Positions 1 to 14,900 of a DNA stretch of 64,000 nt are shown here, in pieces. Numbering within the stretch: the first letter of the stretch is position 1; the number at the start of each line of letters is the position of its first letter. Source of the stretch: Phoronis australis (taxonomy: Eukaryota > Animalia > Phoronida); NCBI GenBank assembly GCA_002633005.1, contig NMRA01000141.1, positions 545,609 through 609,608 on the forward strand, written 5' to 3'. The notes under the pieces are model-generated. The model did not search any database. It saw only the letters and a list, made by a program, of their open reading frames with translations, and was not told the origin of the DNA. Position numbers and translations under genes: made by a program.

Positions 1-1566
1 AAGTTTCTTACAGAAACAAGAATTGTTAGAAGCTTTCAATCCCAAAACAAATTCTACCCAGTGTTAGGGTGCAGTAAAAGTTCATGCCAAATGGCTTGTC
101 GGTATAATCGTTTGGTATAATCGTTTCGGTGTCTCAGGTTTTTAGGGTGGAAAAGCATTAATTCCTCATTCAGAGGCAGGTAGAACTGAACTTGCCACAC
201 TTAAATCCACACTCTATTAACTTCGTCAGTAGCAGATGTTTTCATCACTTTCTGCTCCATCTGGACATCTCGTCCAGAAATACCAAAACAGTGGGCGGGC
301 CAAGGCAAAACAATACCACTCTCCTAAAATGAGGAAGCAAACTACACCAAGAATAGTTTGGTCTAGCATGAAATTTGACAACGGACAACATCTCTTTACA
401 GTAGGAGGTAATTCATATCGTACGAAAATATATAAACTTGACAGGTAAGCAAGGATGCCTGATGTTATTGGATATGATCCCCAGAATTTGCCAGGCAAAA
501 AATGAGACCAGTGATACAAACTCCAACCTACAGGACAAAGCAGTGTTCTATGGGAATAGTTGTATTCCAGAATGCAAAATGGTAGTAACAGCGGTCACTG
601 ACGCCTATTGATTGTGAACTTAACAACAAACACTAAACTCAATTTTAGCAGTTTCTTGACTAAGTGATCACACTTTTCCAGCTCAGCATAATCGATTTAA
701 GTTATCATACTTCTTCATTACTCAATATTATTTTAACCTGTAATGCTACAATCTCAAACGAATGTTGAACCAATTGACAAGATGCCATGCCAGGCTATGT
801 AGACTACCCTTGACCACAAAGTAACCACGATTTTCAAAATGTCAGGTTTCCACAAAGACCACGTTGTGCACGTCACTTCAGAATCACCAAAGTATAAAAA
901 ATTACCATAGTATAAAAACGAGCATTGTCATGAAAGCTTGTATCATTCTTGATAGTGTGGGACACATTGCAGACAGATGACTAAGGGTACACAACAAGAA
1001 TCAGGAATAATTATTAACTATACGACATCTGTGTATTTCACTACATATTTTTTCTTTTTTGTTATGATTTAGCATCAGTTTGAAGAAAGGATACACAAGT
1101 TCTGAAAGAACCAAAGAAACATTTCTAATTTTCGACATAGCATCATGGTCAATGTCAGGCTAATAGGCAAAATTTCAGACTCGTTAAACAGGTCAAACTT
1201 GTTTCATCCAAGCTTGAACTAAATGAGCATGCAACAGGCCTCTAAGGGAGGTGTATTTTCTACTCATAAATGCACTACCAGATCAGGATAAAACACTACA
1301 CACTACACAGAGATGGCAAACTCTATAGAACAATAGTAACATTTGAAAATCACAAATAATAATATTAATATAAAAGTAAATAATAACATTTCATCATTAC
1401 ATGACACTGGACCCAACAGTTAAACAACTCAGCATTTTGTTCTACACTTATCTTCCACTTTGGTGATTCTTTGTTTCTACTTATTTTGTCCAATGCAAAT
1501 CCGTGGTCCACAGAGCACCATTATAAATTACAACAGATGAGTATTAACATAAAGCAGCTATACAAC

Positions 1567-1746
1567 TTATTGCCACAGTCGCCATTTTGAAAGTGAGCCT
1601 CTTTTTAGCCTTACAACGCATTCTGCCCTTAACCACAGCGTGATTTTTTCGCATGCCTCGTTATATTTACGTCTCAAATGCATTGTTTTTTAAACCTAAT
1701 AAGAGGCTCACTACTAAAATGGCGGCTGCGTGAATAAGGCCAATAA
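1567..1746. mobile_element. Small MITE-like inverted-repeat element downstream of the integrin stop
   Basis: Left arm TTATTGCC..GTCGCCATTTTGAAAGTGAGCCTCTT pairs with right arm AAGAGGCTCACTACTAAAATGGCGGC..GGCCAATAA. Confidence 0.6.
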
Positions 1747-2131
1747 ACCTGGGTTCCCTCAAAGAAACCAAATCTTGATTCAGACCACTAACACTATAAA
1801 TTGGTCTATGCTTGTTGCTCACTCAAATGACAAGTTTTTTGGTCTTGCAAAACTGACAGTTCCTTACATACTTGGCAAACGCAATGACACATTAGGACAA
1901 GTAGATTTTAGTCTCAAGGAATAACGAAGTGTCTGTTCTTTGCATGCCCCAAAAATCTTGTTTCTTTTTTATTACACTTGTTCATATATGCAAGGACAAG
2001 GGTGTGTCATTTCCTTACCTTACTTTACAATCGTTCTATAAAAGACCAAATATCACTATTTTGATTAAGGAACAACTTGAGACCAATTTCAAATGGTAAT
2101 TGGTCCAAATCAAAAGCTGGGTTTCTTTAAT

Positions 2132-2382
2132 GGAGTCCATTCCAGGAAAATTGACTTAACTAAGACGAATCTCAAATTTCAGTCAATTTTAAGATAAAAT
2201 TTAAATTTGTCTAAAGTCCATTTCAAGAAAGAGATCTTACGTTTGACTTCATTTTTTAACTCAAATTTTGTCTTAATTTTGACTATCTTACCAGACGTGG
2301 AAGATTCAAAGCCTGGAAGTTGAGAAAAAAAATTAGACTTAAGTTAAAAATGAACTTAAGTCAGTTTCTTGGAAAGGGCCGC
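2132..2382. mobile_element. MITE-like inverted-repeat element (Harbinger-like)
   Basis: Imperfect TIRs GTCCATTCCAGGAAAATTGACTTAA / TTAAGTCAGTTTCTTGGAAAGGGCC. Confidence 0.5.
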
Positions 2383-2923
2383 AGGTTTATTGTCACTTTA
2401 ACTATCTCATACACGATTGTAAGCGCATTTTCCCTTCCCAAATATAAATGCCACTAAAAGATATCGTAAGCTTACAAAATCAGATCAACTATACAACACG
2501 AATAGAAACATGCCAGTCCCTAATCTTTAAAGCACATTCCATGCGTTACAAACCCTCTGTGGGCCTGCTTCTCCAAGAGTCTATAGCCACAGGTTGACTT
2601 TTTGGTTTTTTGGCTTTGGCTTTTAGCCTGCTACCAAGCTGTCTGTTGGATTCAAGTTGCAAACAGATTTTCTGACCATTAGCCTCATCCTAATTTTCTG
2701 ACCAATAGCATCATCATAATTTCATGAAACAGGCCAAGACATCCGTAGACTGGTTTTCAGCCAAAATACAGCAAAACTCTTTGAGAAGCAGTAGCCTGGT
2801 TCCCCTTCATAGTAAACACTATGTGGAGGAGGGCATAGCAGCAGTTCAGGGACTTGGACAAAACGTGGACACCAGCCATCGGCGAAGGCGTAAATATACG
2901 AGGAACAGTGTTAACACTACTCA

Positions 2924-5900
2924 TCACTGCTTGTTATACGTAGGGTTCTTGAATGTAGACGTCGCCTGTTTATAGATGGGGTTCTCTCCCTAAAAACAAA
3001 TCAAACACAGTATAAAAACAGTAATCACTAATTTTTAACCAGTTGAATTTAAGCACAGTTGTCACACTATTTAACTATTAAGCATCCATTTTTTCTCCAA
3101 TTAAATTATTCAAGAGACATTAACAGTATTAGGGCCAAAAGGGCATTTTTGGGATTACTGTTAAACGGCAAGTTAAGTAAAACGGCAAAATCCACTACGT
3201 CCTTGTGATTTTTAGAAATTCCGTGATTCTCAATGCTGGCTCCCAGTCATTTGGTAGAATTAAATGAAATTGAAGCCACAGACCTAATCAGATAAATACA
3301 CTTAAATACTAAGTTACTTGTCTCATTGGCTTTTCGCTTAGTTATCAAAATGTTGTACAGCCGCTGCAGAGGTTGTGAGTTTAAAACACAACATTGCGAT
3401 GTTGTATCAAAAAAAAAAAACAATTCTGGGGCCAATTTCAAATAAATGTAGAGCTAAAAATTTACATAATGAATATGGGATTATGACAGTTTATTTGCCA
3501 GAGGGGGGACATCATCACCTGATGACAACAGGTCTTTAAAAGTATTACTAAAGGTCACAGTGACATATGAGAATTTATAATTTTACTGAAAAGAGACCGT
3601 TTTGCATCCTCACTTACCGTGTCCCACTTGGCATTCTGCCTCTCCTTTTCAAACTTGGCAAATTCTCGCCGATCGTGAATTGTTGTGAATAGCTTCCAGC
3701 ATAGCAAGAGGGCAAGTCCAACTGCCACAATGCCCCCTATCACGCCCAGCACGATGGCCAATACATTCACTTTCTTGACACACTCTGGAAGATAAACGAC
3801 AAGAATGCCCACTACTAAACAAGACTCTCGAGGAATAAACTTTGAAAATTACCCAATCAGCATATATAAAAACGAAAGAAATGAAAATGCCTTCACTCAC
3901 TTCAAAATTTATTACACTAATAATGTTCTGTTTGACAATACCTTTAGTTCTCTGGACCTCAACCACATACTCTCGTTTACTCTCGATGTAGCGATAGTTG
4001 AAGAAAAAAGTACAATCATCATCGTCACGGAACTGGCATTTACGGATCCCTTTCTGTGGGTCATTTTCTGCAAGACGAGACAGAATGCAGGTTAACACAG
4101 TACACACACCCGACTATAAATCTTTAGATCGTCACCCTAGGTGACTGGAGCAGGTCAATTATTCGTTGTGTAAACATCTTAACACAACAAATTTAATGGT
4201 GATGCCAAACTCCACAAATTTTTCACCAACTAAAAGCTAAGTGCTCAAAAATATCTTTAGACGGGAAAACAAAACGATTTAAATCCAAGTAAAAATTTCA
4301 TGAATTACTTGCAAACTTGTAAAATTCCTTTAATTATGCCGTCTAAGTTACCCTCAGTTTTGCCATGTCACAGCAAGATCTTGTTGACCAGTAGTTCAAA
4401 CACACGGGCCCTACACATGTCAAACATGTCAACTGCTTTGAATTAATTGTGTGACGCGTCACAAAAGTTTGAGTAAAAAAATCAGGAAACTCAACACTTC
4501 TGCTTTCTGCAGTTATACTGTACTCGATAAATGGAGATCATAATATTTCCTAACAAACTTCTTTATTATTATGTGTGAAATTTTGACCCAGCACAGTTCA
4601 TAGTTTTAAAAATAACCAAATACACACAAGAGTCCATGCTAGTCGTTCGTAGCGCTAGTTAAACAACAAATGTCTAGAGATTGATGGAAGAGATTATCAA
4701 ATCACACACAAAATCACGACACTTCAAAACGTGATACAATTGACATTCCTGTCCAGAACTTGTCACTGTAATATCATAACCATGACTAAGAGTGTTCATA
4801 TATTTATTAAAGTACTTTGGAAATACAGTACGTTCTCTTCTTTACCTTAACAGTTCACAAATATCATCCGTCCGAATAGGCAATTCTAAATACCAGGGGA
4901 TTTCCTCATTAAATAATGACTGCAAGTCTCTACGGCCTCTGTCCTAGCACACTCACCTACAGCCTCTGCTATTTCTATAATGTTCACATCTGTACAGTAT
5001 TTCTTGCAGCCTTCACTGCCATATTTAGCCGCCAATTCGCCTGTTCCAAACTGCACGCACTGGACACAGTCTTTATATTCCTTACACTTCCCAGGACAAG
5101 TCTGCCAATGAACAGAGTGGACAGAGTAACAAAAGTTTCAAGAAGCAATAAAATCTTGTGCCCAATACACACACGAACAGCATCAAAACAACTGTACACA
5201 TGGTGCATAACTCAAATAATTTTGTAACACTCCAACAATTCACTTGAATGCAAATTTGAACGTGTGTCTTCATTTATTTGATGAACACGTTTTATAGAAA
5301 ACTCCAAAAGTCTATTTCCAAAGAATAAATTCTCAGGTTCAATCATGCCTTTCTCTCTGCAATCGTCAATAGCAAAATCTGCAGACGTTTCTTTTTCAAA
5401 ACTAATGCACCTCAAAGTTAATCAACTGAACAAGCCACAAAATAGTAGTACACCGTGCCGACAACAACTCACCGGACAGTCCTCACACCGAGGCCCTCTG
5501 TAGTTGGTGGTAATGTTGCACTCGCAGACACCACACACACACTCTCCTTTACCGTTACAGATTTCCTGTCACAAAATGAAGACCAACATTCATGACGATC
5601 AGCAAAAGAATAACGTAACGAAGAATCAAACGATGATATCTAGGGCTGAAGTCTGTTCACCATATGACACTACGTCAGGTCATCAAAATATTTCAGAGCA
5701 GTAAAACATATTTTCTAAATGTTTTTTGAGTATAAATGAGTCGAGTTCTGTGTTTCAACATTCATTTGTATCTACTAAACAACCAAAAAGGATATCCAGC
5801 ATTCATCATTTTGATGCACAATATTGATTTAGCAGACAAAGCAAATAAAACATGCCCAACTCACTTTTTTCCAAAATTTCATTAGACTATACGCCATATA

Positions 5901-8900
5901 TCTCATATGTCAGCTGATATTTACAGTAGCTGTTCATAAAGCACAAAAGTTGCACATCACAGAAAGTTAAAACTACTGTCTAACCTTATACTGTTCTCAA
6001 ACTGTGTGTACAAATGATCCATTGTTATGTCACAGACTAGCCAACCGTCCTGTCCACTCACCCCATTCGAAGCCATACACGTGCTTTCATCTGTAGGACA
6101 ACCACAGTCAGTGCCGTTGTAGCCGTCTTGACAGAAGCACTTGCCACACTTGCACTCGCCTCTTGTTGGGCCTAGGAAAACCGAGTTACCTGTCACTATC
6201 ACAACTCGGACAAAATCGAAGGTGGGTGGAAAGCATTAGACGGTTTTTCAACGTATTAACAGAAATAAATAAGTAAGTATAAGTAAATAGAAGCCATCTT
6301 TCATAGAACATACTGCTATTTACCCAGCGTGCATACTGCAAATAGCAAAACCCATTACTTCAGTGAGCTAAATTGAAAAAACTTAAGTTTAATTTGACTT
6401 GTAAGATTTAAAGTTGACAAAAATGACAGTTCAGAATCCATCAGAAGTTGTGTCAGTCCAAACAAGGCACATGCATTTCAAGAGCATTTGAACAAATACA
6501 ATAACGCAAGCAATGCAAAATTGATAAAAAAGTTTCTCATTTTGTGTAGCAAGAGTAGTCAGATTATTTTCGAAACTTTACTGATGTCAATAAGAATAAC
6601 AAGAACAATGCACCGTTGAAATGCTCCAAACAACTGCACCAAAGGTGGTGTGCTTCTAGGTTTTCTTAGAATCATAAAAATGGCCATTAGATGGCGCAGA
6701 ATACATTGGATTAGTAAGAAATTGGGAAGGCATTATTGTCTCTCTAATACAAAAATGTCAAATTTCATGAAAATCCACCAAGGAACTCCAAAGATAAAGA
6801 GGCAAGTCTAAAAACTAAAATTGTTACTAGAGGAAACCACGGCAGACATAGTCGTCCAACAAGTCGTGCGCAGCTGTTGTCAAATTTATTGGAAAACACC
6901 TGCAAAAATTCACAAAGATCCTTCAAAAGAATCAGGAGCTACAGCCATGACTGGAAAATCACCACTAGAGGGCACCTCAGTTGTCAGACCATCCAATAAC
7001 CAGACATGGCCTTGTCATTAGGAACACAACTGCTAAGTTTCATAATGATACTTTGAGCAGTTTTGTGCATAAATAGGTGATCGCCAAAAAAATACTCAAA
7101 ATAATAAAAATGGCAACTAGATGGCGCAAAATAGGTCAAATCTATCTGAAAATCCTTAACAGAAACCTATTTGTCACATTTCACAAAATATTCATCCATG
7201 AACTCCAAAGATACCAAACCAAATGCAAAAAATAAAATAAATTTACAATAGGGGGCACAGCAGTACTCCGATCAGTCCGAAATTTGTTCATAGGAACACA
7301 TCTCATTACCCCTAAGATCCTGGAAGGGGTTTAGGAGATTCAACAGCGAATGCCGAAGACCTGAACAGAGATGACAGCAATTGGGTGCATTTGACTGGTA
7401 ACAGAGAAATACACGACAACCTCCTCCAAACAACTGGTGAATGCTTTAACAGATCCACAGTAACTGGAGATATTGCATCAACAAAAAGCACATTTGAAAC
7501 AGAAATACCAACCTCAAACAAGTTGAAATAGCAAAGCTCCTTGACCATAGGTTGCGTTTGATTCAAGAATGTGTCTACATGTATTTTCATACGATCACAT
7601 TTCTCACTTACAAACTCACTCAGAACAAATTGATGCAAATACCCGATTTGAAAAATTCCAGGATTTTGATGATTAATTGCATCATACATGCATATCAATT
7701 CCATCTGTTCAGCGGACAACACAGACTTGCACATTCTTCTGAATCGCTCAATAATATTAAAATAATTCCTATTAATACCATTTTACAAATCATTGCCCAT
7801 GCACCTAGTCATTTTTTCCCTTCAATGGGAGACCTCTAGCAGACTTCTGATCCATTTATTCCTTTTGCTAATTGGTTTCAATACACATTCATAATCACTG
7901 ATAAAGATTATCAAATCACTTTCTCCTATTCACTGGCACATGGTGTCCCATCTTTGACACAAAAACTGTTGAGTTTCGTAAAAATTCATTGAGAGACTTG
8001 GCAGACATAAAATCACTCACAAAAATGCCACTAATTGGAACAGTAATTGTTGAATTTGTCTGAAACTAATCATCTGTTGGCGCCTTTCATAGAAACCTAC
8101 ATGCAAAGTGTCACTTTAAGCCCACAACTGTATCAGTGGAAGACACAGCTGTGTACTCTAGACGGATGCGACACCGATGTCTGACAGAGACCACACTAAA
8201 TATACAGCCACATATGTACGTCAGCGCAAAAAAGGAAACAGAAGCGACTATTTCCCCGTAACTTTTACAGCAATTTCAAACTGCTTACCTCCGCACAGCT
8301 GGTTGTCGAAGAAATAACACGAGTAGTCATCACACTCACAGAAGTCTCCGGAGTACTTCTGATCCAGCCGTTGTTTATTGCGTGAGAAACACTCACACGA
8401 TCCACAGATGCACTCCCCACGGTTCTCGCACACAACGTCGGAAGTGTTGGACCTGAGCAGACAAATGAGTACTGAACCTAACCTCACTCGGACACAAGAG
8501 CTTTACAAAATAAAACCTTTACGAAGTTGAGAGACAATCTTGGAGTTCAAACTTTGCTCTCGCCATATCTGCAATGTTACTCATTTATAAAAGATCATAT
8601 CTCACATCATGCGATCACCAACTACATATTCTCGCATAACTATCTCAACATGTGCAATAAGGTATTTTTACACTGCATGCATTATTACAATGCTTTATCA
8701 CAGACACTCACCATAGCCCACATGCGACACCACATGGCTGTTAACCAATGTATTCTCCACAACATACTGGTACTACTGGACATTATTGGAAAAGGACTTC
8801 AATCACATTTTGATGGGAACAGTACAGAAACAAAGACGAAAATAAAGGAAGATAGCAAATTGTTGACTTTTAAGTTAAAAATTAATGTAAAAGCTCTTGA

Positions 8901-11900
8901 TGAGGAATTATTATCTTGTAGACACATTACCTTCTGCAAGGAGCCTCACGGTCGACACTGGTTGCCTCGGTGATGTTACACTGACACAGGTCACCATAGC
9001 GATCATCATTACACTCACAGATGCCGCAACGATACGTTCCTTGACCCCCACTACACAGGGGACTATTTTCTTGCTACAAACCACAAGTGTGCTTCAAATT
9101 ATTCATATGTTCATGAAATTCACTGCGCAAGAGACAGTTCAATAAAATTCAACACATCAAGGCAAAACAAAAAACAAAAGCATATAAAATTAAACATCCT
9201 ATGCACCAAAACAGAGTCTGATTACTAACAGTTAGCCTGAAGAAGCCTTGTGCTAAGGACGTACGCACCTTGTCCCCACAGGCGCAATCGCAAATAGCCT
9301 CGATGTCGATACGCAAACTCTCTGTAAGACCAACAGGGTAGATGTCAAAGCTGGTTTTGAATTCCTTCTGGCCAGCTGGGCATTTCGGGAGGAAGATTTC
9401 TGTCTCAAATGTGACACCCTCACCAATTTTCAAGTCAGAGCACATATTGGTTTCCATCAAGGTTTTACTGAAAACAATCACAGGACGTAAAGGCTTAACA
9501 ATAAACACAAAAACTCATCATTTACCATTTATGGTGACACGCCTTGCACTACATCGGTAGTTTGAGCATTGAAAAAGAATCACAGAACAAATGTGGGGCT
9601 GGCTCAACTTGAACTTATTAACAATACACACAATTTTCTTCTTCAAGGCCTAAACCCAGTCACTGTATTTATTGACCTATCAAAAGCCTTTTACAGCAAT
9701 AAACTCGATATCATTATCACAACAAATAGCTCTCATAGTACATAGTGTATAAGAAGCTGTAATCAGCACGTGATAACCCATTTTTGCACTGAATCAGTAC
9801 CTGGGGGACATTTTATCAAAGGTCGCGACTCTGCCCTCAGGTAAACGATCGTAACTTTTAATTTGCATGCAGTTCATTGAAATGGTTTGTGAAGGCGGTC
9901 GCTGAGTCTAAAAATCAATAAATATCAATATTACACTAGTCCCAACGTTTTCACGTTTGCAATAAATAATGCTTATATGAGCCAATTAACGATGACTGGA
10001 CTTGCTGCCTTTGATAAAATGAACCCCTGGTGTAAATGAGCACCAATGCGTGTGTGATAACCTACCCTTTACACTTGCTCTTGAACTTCAAGTTGACTTG
10101 CTCGTCAACATCTCTTGTCTGGAGCTCCACTGTGGATGAAATGCTCTACAAAGGAATGATAATGTGATAACCCTGTATATGGAAACTTTTTTCACTTATG
10201 AGAGCCAACAGAAGAGAACTTGTAATACATTCAGCTTAAACCAAATAGAAATGTTTGCACTCGAAACCTGCTTCAACAGCACACACTATGGCCCTGATAA
10301 TATACAGACATTCCAACACCACCGTCCCTTCGACCATACCACCATCCATGGCCAACAAAAAAAGAAACTTGTTCGACTCGTAAAACTGATTCATTATTCA
10401 TGATCTGAATCATGTTTTCATGTTTCATTATAAACAGTCGAAGGAATGCTTACACCGTAAGTGTCATTCACCAGAGTGACAATATTACTGGAATCATTAG
10501 ACAAGATACCAGTCTTGGATGCCTCGATGTACTTTGACAACGCCGTGTATCTACTGAACTGGTTCTCAGTGACAGCGAAGATGATGGTGAATCTCTCCTC
10601 CTTGGCTTTAGCAGCCACCTGACCAATGGACGGATAGTCCTGCAAAACATACGATGTACATGATCCACTTAAAAATACACTAAGTACATTTCTGTAACTC
10701 AAGCATCGCTGTTGGTTGAAACGTAAATGTGTCGATACTGAGGGCGCCCTCATTGGAGTATATAGCGTGTCACGGATGTAAACTTAAAACTAAATTTACT
10801 GATTTTTGTATTGATTTCTCATCTCACAAACCACATTTAGTCGATTCAGAGATCACCAAAAGGGATGCGAGGCCTCAACTGTAACCAGAAACCAAAAACC
10901 TGTAACATTCTGTTAAAAGGAGACTAAGCCCCGTACTTGGGTGATTTGACCTTGCTATTGTACAACTAACACCTCTCACATAAAAGTAATATCCATCTAA
11001 ACTTCCTCGGTGTCACAACATGTATCAGGTGGTTCAAAGCTCCCAGTCATTCTCCGCAGTTGTCGATGAACTCTCGCAATATTAGTCACACTAGAGACCA
11101 AAGAACTGAATGGAATGTCACGGTCTTTGAGAAATCCAATATTCTCAGTCATGAAACCAGTCAAAGATATCCTAGTGTGTCCAGAAGACTAATGTGAACT
11201 TGTAAACATAATTTGATGAGTGATTTACAAAATTCCTTGTACCTCGTGTGACACTACTTAAGCTGGGTGAAATAGATACAAATATCGACATATTGTCTGC
11301 AAAAGCATATATTAATATAGAAAGCCCCGCTCTTCGACCCCCTTTCGGCGAGGCCCCCTATATTAATATAGGCGGCCTCGCTTTTGAGGCCTGAAATTCA
11401 ATTTTTTGCCTATGTCATTTTAATAAGGATAAGTCACTTTAAATAATAAGCTGTTATATTAAGAACATGTCGAGACAGCAACAGCTAACACCAGGTCAAT
11501 TACAACAACATGGCGTGAAGACGACTGCACTAGAATCAGACAAGTTAAGCAGTTACGGATTACATCAACATGAATAATCACGTGACTGATTGGTCAGACG
11601 TAGCCTTGCTTGACAGGGAAGCCGTAGATTACAAGAGAAAAATTAGAGTGTCTATCTGGATCAAGCAGATGTCAAACACTACGGCTAAAGATACCAGCAG
11701 TCTCTGTCTTAATTTAGTATACGTCATATTGTTTTCCACATTGCCAATCAGAACTAAATTATTTCGAGTCAAAGATATCATCGCATCCGAATCCAAGTGC
11801 ACACAAGGCTTACATAGACTTACCATTAAGAGTGAATGAGTGTAGTCCACCTTGTTGGCTGACATATGACAGTGACCGTCGTTAGGTGTAACAATACCAC

Positions 11901-14900
11901 CCAGCTGGAAAAACACAGTTACAATGATAACCAAGATGATCATGGCTAACTGTGCAAAATATACATAATGACTGAAATCAAATTTTGACAAAAAAGGAAT
12001 TCTATTCAAAAAGCCAAAAGTATGTTTCTATTTCAGTCAATTGGTCATATTTTCAGATGGCAATTCCGGTAACATTTCCGACAGATACAGCTTTTAACTA
12101 CACTATTGGGCCAAAGTTTCACCCAACCACCACGTCCCTTTCCTAACTTTATCCCACTAAGAGATGTTAGATTAAGAAGGACATTAAAATTACCAAAATC
12201 TCACAATATACTCAGATGATTTAAAGAACTTCCTAACAAAGACATAACAGTTGATTTCTGAAACAAAAGATACATGACAGCTGACAAAGACAAAACAGTT
12301 CATAGCCGTTGACAAGTTTTTGTTTTCTCAAGATTTTAATTTGAATAACAGCGACACTGGAGTGACATACCTTTCCATCTCCTGCATAATGAAAATCTGC
12401 ATCAGTTGAGAACATGAGAATCTTTCGGGATTCAGCTCTCCAGTTCAGCTGATTCTGGAAAAAAACAGAGAGGACAATGTGTGCAACAATTTATAGTCAT
12501 TTTACTGGCTTCTAATGTCATAAAATCAATACATAATTTATCCATTCCAAAATATTTTACGTAGAAAATAAATCTGAAACTAAATAAGGCGATCCAGATC
12601 CTCCCAAGGATACTATTGTTTCACGAAATGTAGAACCTAAATAGGTAAATAAAACAACAAGAATGGATCAACTGAAATTTTCGGATGTAATAACATCCAT
12701 ACTTGTTGTTTTATTTACCCAAAAATATTTAACAAATATCAATAATAACTTTATCAAAACTATACTAGCTTAACCCAGATTCTCTATTTGTTTACAATCC
12801 CCCACTTTTATAATAGCTTTATATAGAAGAATTTTGTGCATACTGGTGGCACAAGACTACTGTAAACCTTGTACTAGTTACTTTTAAACATCAAATCTTT
12901 CTGTTGTAACTCATCAGACTGGTTCCAGTAAAATCCGTACAGGAGAAGTTAAGGTGCTTTTTTCACCTGCCTCCATATTTATGTTTTATTTTCTTAACCC
13001 AACGCCTACAATTATCAATCATTTTAGAATGCAACTGCCACAATTTTTTTAAAAATTATGTTTGGTCACTTGAACTTGAATATGTTCTACTGCTTCAGTT
13101 CTGAGCTTTCAGACCTACAAAAACAGTGTCAAACTTTGGTCACTATCTTTATATTTCAGTTATGTAATAGTAATTTAGTGGCAACAGTGGTGTAGGCATG
13201 TGTTGCTTGGATTAACAATACAGAATCTTCACAGACACATTTCAACTCTCCCTATTCATAATCTGATACATACTTCAGGGATATTTGATAAGGAGCACAC
13301 GCTGAGTCAACCAAAAAGGGAAATAGTCTGAATAGATACAACTCTTCCGCATTTTGAGAACCAGTTGACGCCTGTTATTCAGTGGAGAAAACTGGTTCTC
13401 AAGTTACATCAGAGTATTACCCCAACAAGAGTGGAAACACAGCGTATTAACAAATTGTTATCATTAAGAGCCACCACTGTTCTTCAATCCCTAAACATAA
13501 GAAGTGCTACTCAGGTACTCACAACTGTAGACCATTCAGAGTTGCCACTTGCAGATGAATTTTAACAAAACAACAATTCATTCTACATAATGGATGGAAA
13601 TTTTGTTTGGTGCACGTAATTTTGTCACGTGCAACAGGTGATAATCTCGATGCAACAAATTCATCGATCAAAAACACCAAGATGGTATTAGTCTTTACGA
13701 GAACAACACCTGGTTATTTTCATTTCTGACCACAACTGCTCACCATTTTTGCTTTCCAGTGCCGATCNAACAAATCAGGACTCTTCCAACATAAAGTCTA
13801 ACTGAAACAGTTTTCAATCAAGGCTGTGTTTTGCATACTGAGTTTTTGGGTGCATCGCGTTGGAAACCATGACGTAAGAAATCAAATTAAATAAATAAAA
13901 TCCCCACTTTCATTTCTTTGTTATCTGAATTGTCCACTTACAAAGGTAAGTGCCATTTTCCTTGTCCAAAATGACTCGTATAGCATTCTTTTCTGGTGTG
14001 TTCACAAACTCCAAGAAATTGAAATAGAGTGAAAAACTTTTGGAAGATGGGTCCACATGACCTCAGTGTTAAGAAGTTTATGGCAAACACTGCAAAAAAC
14101 TTGTTCACTCACAAAGCATTTCAATTTCATAATGCATTAATTTGAGCTACACTTGTGACATTATCAAATCTTTTGAACGAGGTACTTCTATCCCGAAGGA
14201 CAAATCTCTCTCCAAGCTATGAGGCATAATTGCAATAATCACTAGTGTTGTGGTTGAGTGTAGAACTTGACAAATACACCAGCCTACCTTGCACGACATT
14301 GCCTGCATCAAGGCATCAAATCCTCCTTCAGGGCCATCCAAGTTACCAGAGATCGGAGCATCAAGCACGGTTTTCTATAACAAAAGCAACATTATCACTT
14401 TATAATGAATTAAGCACCGGAACAGACACCTACACGGAAATACCAGGGGTAACACGAGAGTAACACAAACAGGGGTAACACGAGAGTAACAAAAAGTTCA
14501 CTACTTTGAATTCGTGTTAGCTACACCGTGCATGGTCTCTTCCTCAATAACTCGATAATCATGACTGCGATGGCAAAGCATCTTACATTTTTGTGCAAAG
14601 TTGTTCACATTTCTTTACAGTTCAATTACAAGACAAGTATACAAGTGATATACGCCACAAAATTGACCGGTTTACTTTCCGACACAACTCGGAAACACTG
14701 AACTGAAATTAGCTCATATCTATCTGTTTCCAACCACATGACATTCTCAACACAATACATCTGATTAATGGGAAGAGAAGCATGCCATGATTGTTGACAG
14801 TGATGGTTATGGCAACACGCAAACTTAGGGAGCTTTACAGAGACAGGTATGGGAAATACAGGTATGGAAAATACAGTGAAAATGTGGAGTAACTGTTGGC

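Noticed and set aside
2921-2926. Tandem TGA TGA at the integrin stop as a sign of readthrough or selenocysteine
   Set aside because: The protein ends at the canonical position after the second NPxY motif, and a double stop argues against extension.
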